Below are positions 62,544 through 64,000 of a stretch of DNA of 64,000 bases, piece by piece (within the stretch, counting starts at the first letter, position 1; every line of letters begins with the position of its first letter). The position numbers and the translations under genes were made by a program. Source of the DNA: Myxococcota bacterium (lineage in GTDB: Bacteria > Myxococcota_A > UBA796 > GCA-2862545); NCBI GenBank assembly GCA_039208735.1, contig JBCCQY010000031.1, forward strand, positions 9,511 to 73,510, read 5' to 3'. The notes under the pieces were generated by a model, which saw only the letters and a program-made list of their open reading frames with translations, had not been told where the DNA came from and ran no database searches.

Positions 62544-63437
62544 CTAAAAGCCGAACTTGCCGTTGTCGTTCTTCCACTCTTCTTTGGGCGCGATGGTCTC
62601 GATGACGTCCCAATGCTCCACGATCTTGCCGTCCTCGATGCGGAACAGGTCGTAAAAGGACGTGGGCTTGCCCCCGAACACCGACTCGCTGACCGTGAGC
62701 ACGAAGTTGCCCTCGCCGAGGATGGTGTGGACGGTGTCGTACTTCAATACCAGCCCCTGCTCCGCCATGGCCTTGACCGCGGCCGAGAGCCCGTCGAGTC
62801 CGTCCCCGATGCCCGGGTTGTGCTGCAGGTACGTCTCGCCGATGTAGTCGCCGACGTTCGACATGTCGCCGTTGACGAGGATGTCATCGACAAAGTTGCG
62901 CACCAACTCCTTGTTGGCTTCGGTCTTGTCGAGGTCCTGCACCTCAGTCGCGCCGTCGATCATCGTGCGACCACTGGGATTGGGCGATTCCGCCTTCTCC
63001 TGAAGGTTGTCCCAGTGCTCGACGATCTTGCCGTCTTCGAACCGGAAGATGTCGAAGCCGATCTTCGGTCCAAAGAAGTCGTAGTCAGTGTGGGCGAACA
63101 CATAGTCGCCATCGACGAACACGCGGGCGACCTTGGCCTTGGCCGAGCCTTCGGGCAACGCCTTCATGGTTTCGCCGAAGCCCGCCAGGCCGTCGGGCAC
63201 GGCGAGGTTGTGTTGGGTGTACGAGGTAGGGTTGATGTACGCGATCGGGGCTGGGTCCCCGGTTTCGATCGAAGCGAGGAGCTGCCGCACCTGCTCCCGA
63301 GGCGACGGGGCGGGCGCCGGGGTCGGGGCCGCAACCGGGGCTTCGGTGGTCGCAGCCACCGGCTCCTTGGTGCTCCCACAAGCGACGAGGAGCGAAGCAA
63401 CAAGCACATGCGCAAAGGTACGAGCGATCGGGTTCAT
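62544..63437 (-). CDS. lipoprotein with two tandem SnoaL/NTF2-like domains
   Basis: LLVAC lipobox; duplicated Y.QHN...DG..G and D.FR.EDGKIVEHWD. Confidence 0.88.
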   Translation of the reverse strand: MNPIARTFAHVLVASLLVACGSTKEPVAATTEAPVAAPTPAPAPSPREQVRQLLASIETGDPAPIAYINPTSYTQHNLAVPDGLAGFGETMKALPEGSAKAKVARVFVDGDYVFAHTDYDFFGPKIGFDIFRFEDGKIVEHWDNLQEKAESPNPSGRTMIDGATEVQDLDKTEANKELVRNFVDDILVNGDMSNVGDYIGETYLQHNPGIGDGLDGLSAAVKAMAEQGLVLKYDTVHTILGEGNFVLTVSESVFGGKPTSFYDLFRIEDGKIVEHWDVIETIAPKEEWKNDNGKFGF

Positions 63438-63525
63438 GGCGGTCTCCAACGCGTGCGGTGAGCACGTTCGCCGCCGAACCTAGTCCCGGCCCCCGGCGAT
63501 ACAATGGGGGCGAATCCGACAGGAG

Positions 63526-63544
63526 TGTTTGGTTGAACCAAACA
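63526..63544. promoter_or_regulatory. LysR-type binding site (TGTTTGGTT-G-AACCAAACA)
   Basis: Perfect 9-bp inverted repeat containing T-N11-A (63529-63541), overlapping the LysR start in the divergent region. Confidence 0.6.
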
Positions 63545-64000
63545 ATCGATCATCGTCAATTCCATCGCCTGACGGTGTTCGTGGCCATCGTGGAGCAGGG
63601 CTCGATGACCCGAGCCGCCCGGGTCTTGGGCCTGTCCAAGGGCGTGGTCAGCGGGCATCTGCGAGAACTCGAAAGGGAACTCGGCGTCCGCTTGCTTGAA
63701 CGAACCACCCGGCGCATGGCCATCACGGCGACGGGCCAAGATGTGTATAAGGCCGCACTGCGCATGCAAAGCGCAGGTCGCGACGTCCTTGCGGCCGCCG
63801 AAGCGGCAAGCGGCGCGGTTGCGGGCCGGGTGCGCATCAGCGGGCCCTTCGATCTGGCCGCTACGCTGCTTGCACCAGCCGTCGCCCGGGTGCGCAAGGC
63901 CCACCCGGAACTCCGCATCGACATCGAAGTCGGCGACATCGCGCTCGACCTGGTCCGTGACGAGGTGGACATCGCGGTTCGTGTCGGGGTGCCCGTCGAC
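63533..64000 (+). CDS. LysR family transcriptional regulator (3'-truncated by window; absent from ORF track)
   Basis: TTG start after AGGAG; my translation gives LTVFVAIVEQGSMTRAARVLGLSKGVVSGHLRELERELGVRLLERTTR...GRVRIS...DLVRDEVDIAVR. Confidence 0.93.
   Translation, partial: MNQTIDHRQFHRLTVFVAIVEQGSMTRAARVLGLSKGVVSGHLRELERELGVRLLERTTRRMAITATGQDVYKAALRMQSAGRDVLAAAEAASGAVAGRVRISGPFDLAATLLAPAVARVRKAHPELRIDIEVGDIALDLVRDEVDIAVRVGVPVD

Noticed and set aside
1..64000. rRNA, tRNA, CRISPR arrays, IS elements, integrase, prophage, reverse transcriptase
   Set aside because: Almost all of the window is explained by CDS, and gaps are about 240 bp or less. I saw no repeat-spacer periodicity, tRNA T-loop/CCA cloverleaf or mobile-element motifs by eye. 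A covariance-model scan was not possible.

Overview
A GC-rich (roughly two-thirds G+C by eye), densely coding bacterial chromosomal segment with about 64 CDS. I found no rRNA, tRNA, CRISPR array, transposase, integrase or phage gene. A TIGR02996-type protein, Hanks-type kinases and many Cys-rich lipoproteins suggest a Myxococcota-like organism; NiSOD and a Na+:solute symporter hint at a marine habitat (both are inferences). Recognisable content: serine dehydratase, SDR, SPFH, AlkB-like dioxygenase behind a LexA-type box, a TetR/SSS/hydrolase/acyl-CoA ligase lipid-utilisation cluster with two matching operators, alkyl sulfatase, PhyH-TetR, a PAI-like fatty acid isomerase, a Tat-lipoprotein molybdoenzyme with an outer-membrane barrel, S9 and S1C peptidases, ThiF, a CrtU-like enzyme, sodN-sodX, HDAC, a Ser/Thr kinase, GDPD, a histidine kinase, an Arn-like amino-sugar surface-modification cluster, a serine hydrolase with tandem repeats, tdk, an LMW-PTP/fructosamine kinase pair and a partial LysR. 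The best candidates for something new are: about 10 ultra-short lipoprotein signal peptides, most lacking a charged n-region; the arn-like operon that has an acetyltransferase in place of the formyl cycle; a coupled three-gene surface module (Cys-rich lipoprotein, discoidin/HEAT/NHL protein, lipoprotein); a TPR-pseudokinase; a switch-like structured 5' leader before the SDR gene; and an FGE-fold/nuclease-like/tdk trio. Family names come from remembered consensus motifs, not database searches. Many starts were moved inward from the ORF track using RBS and stop/start overlaps.
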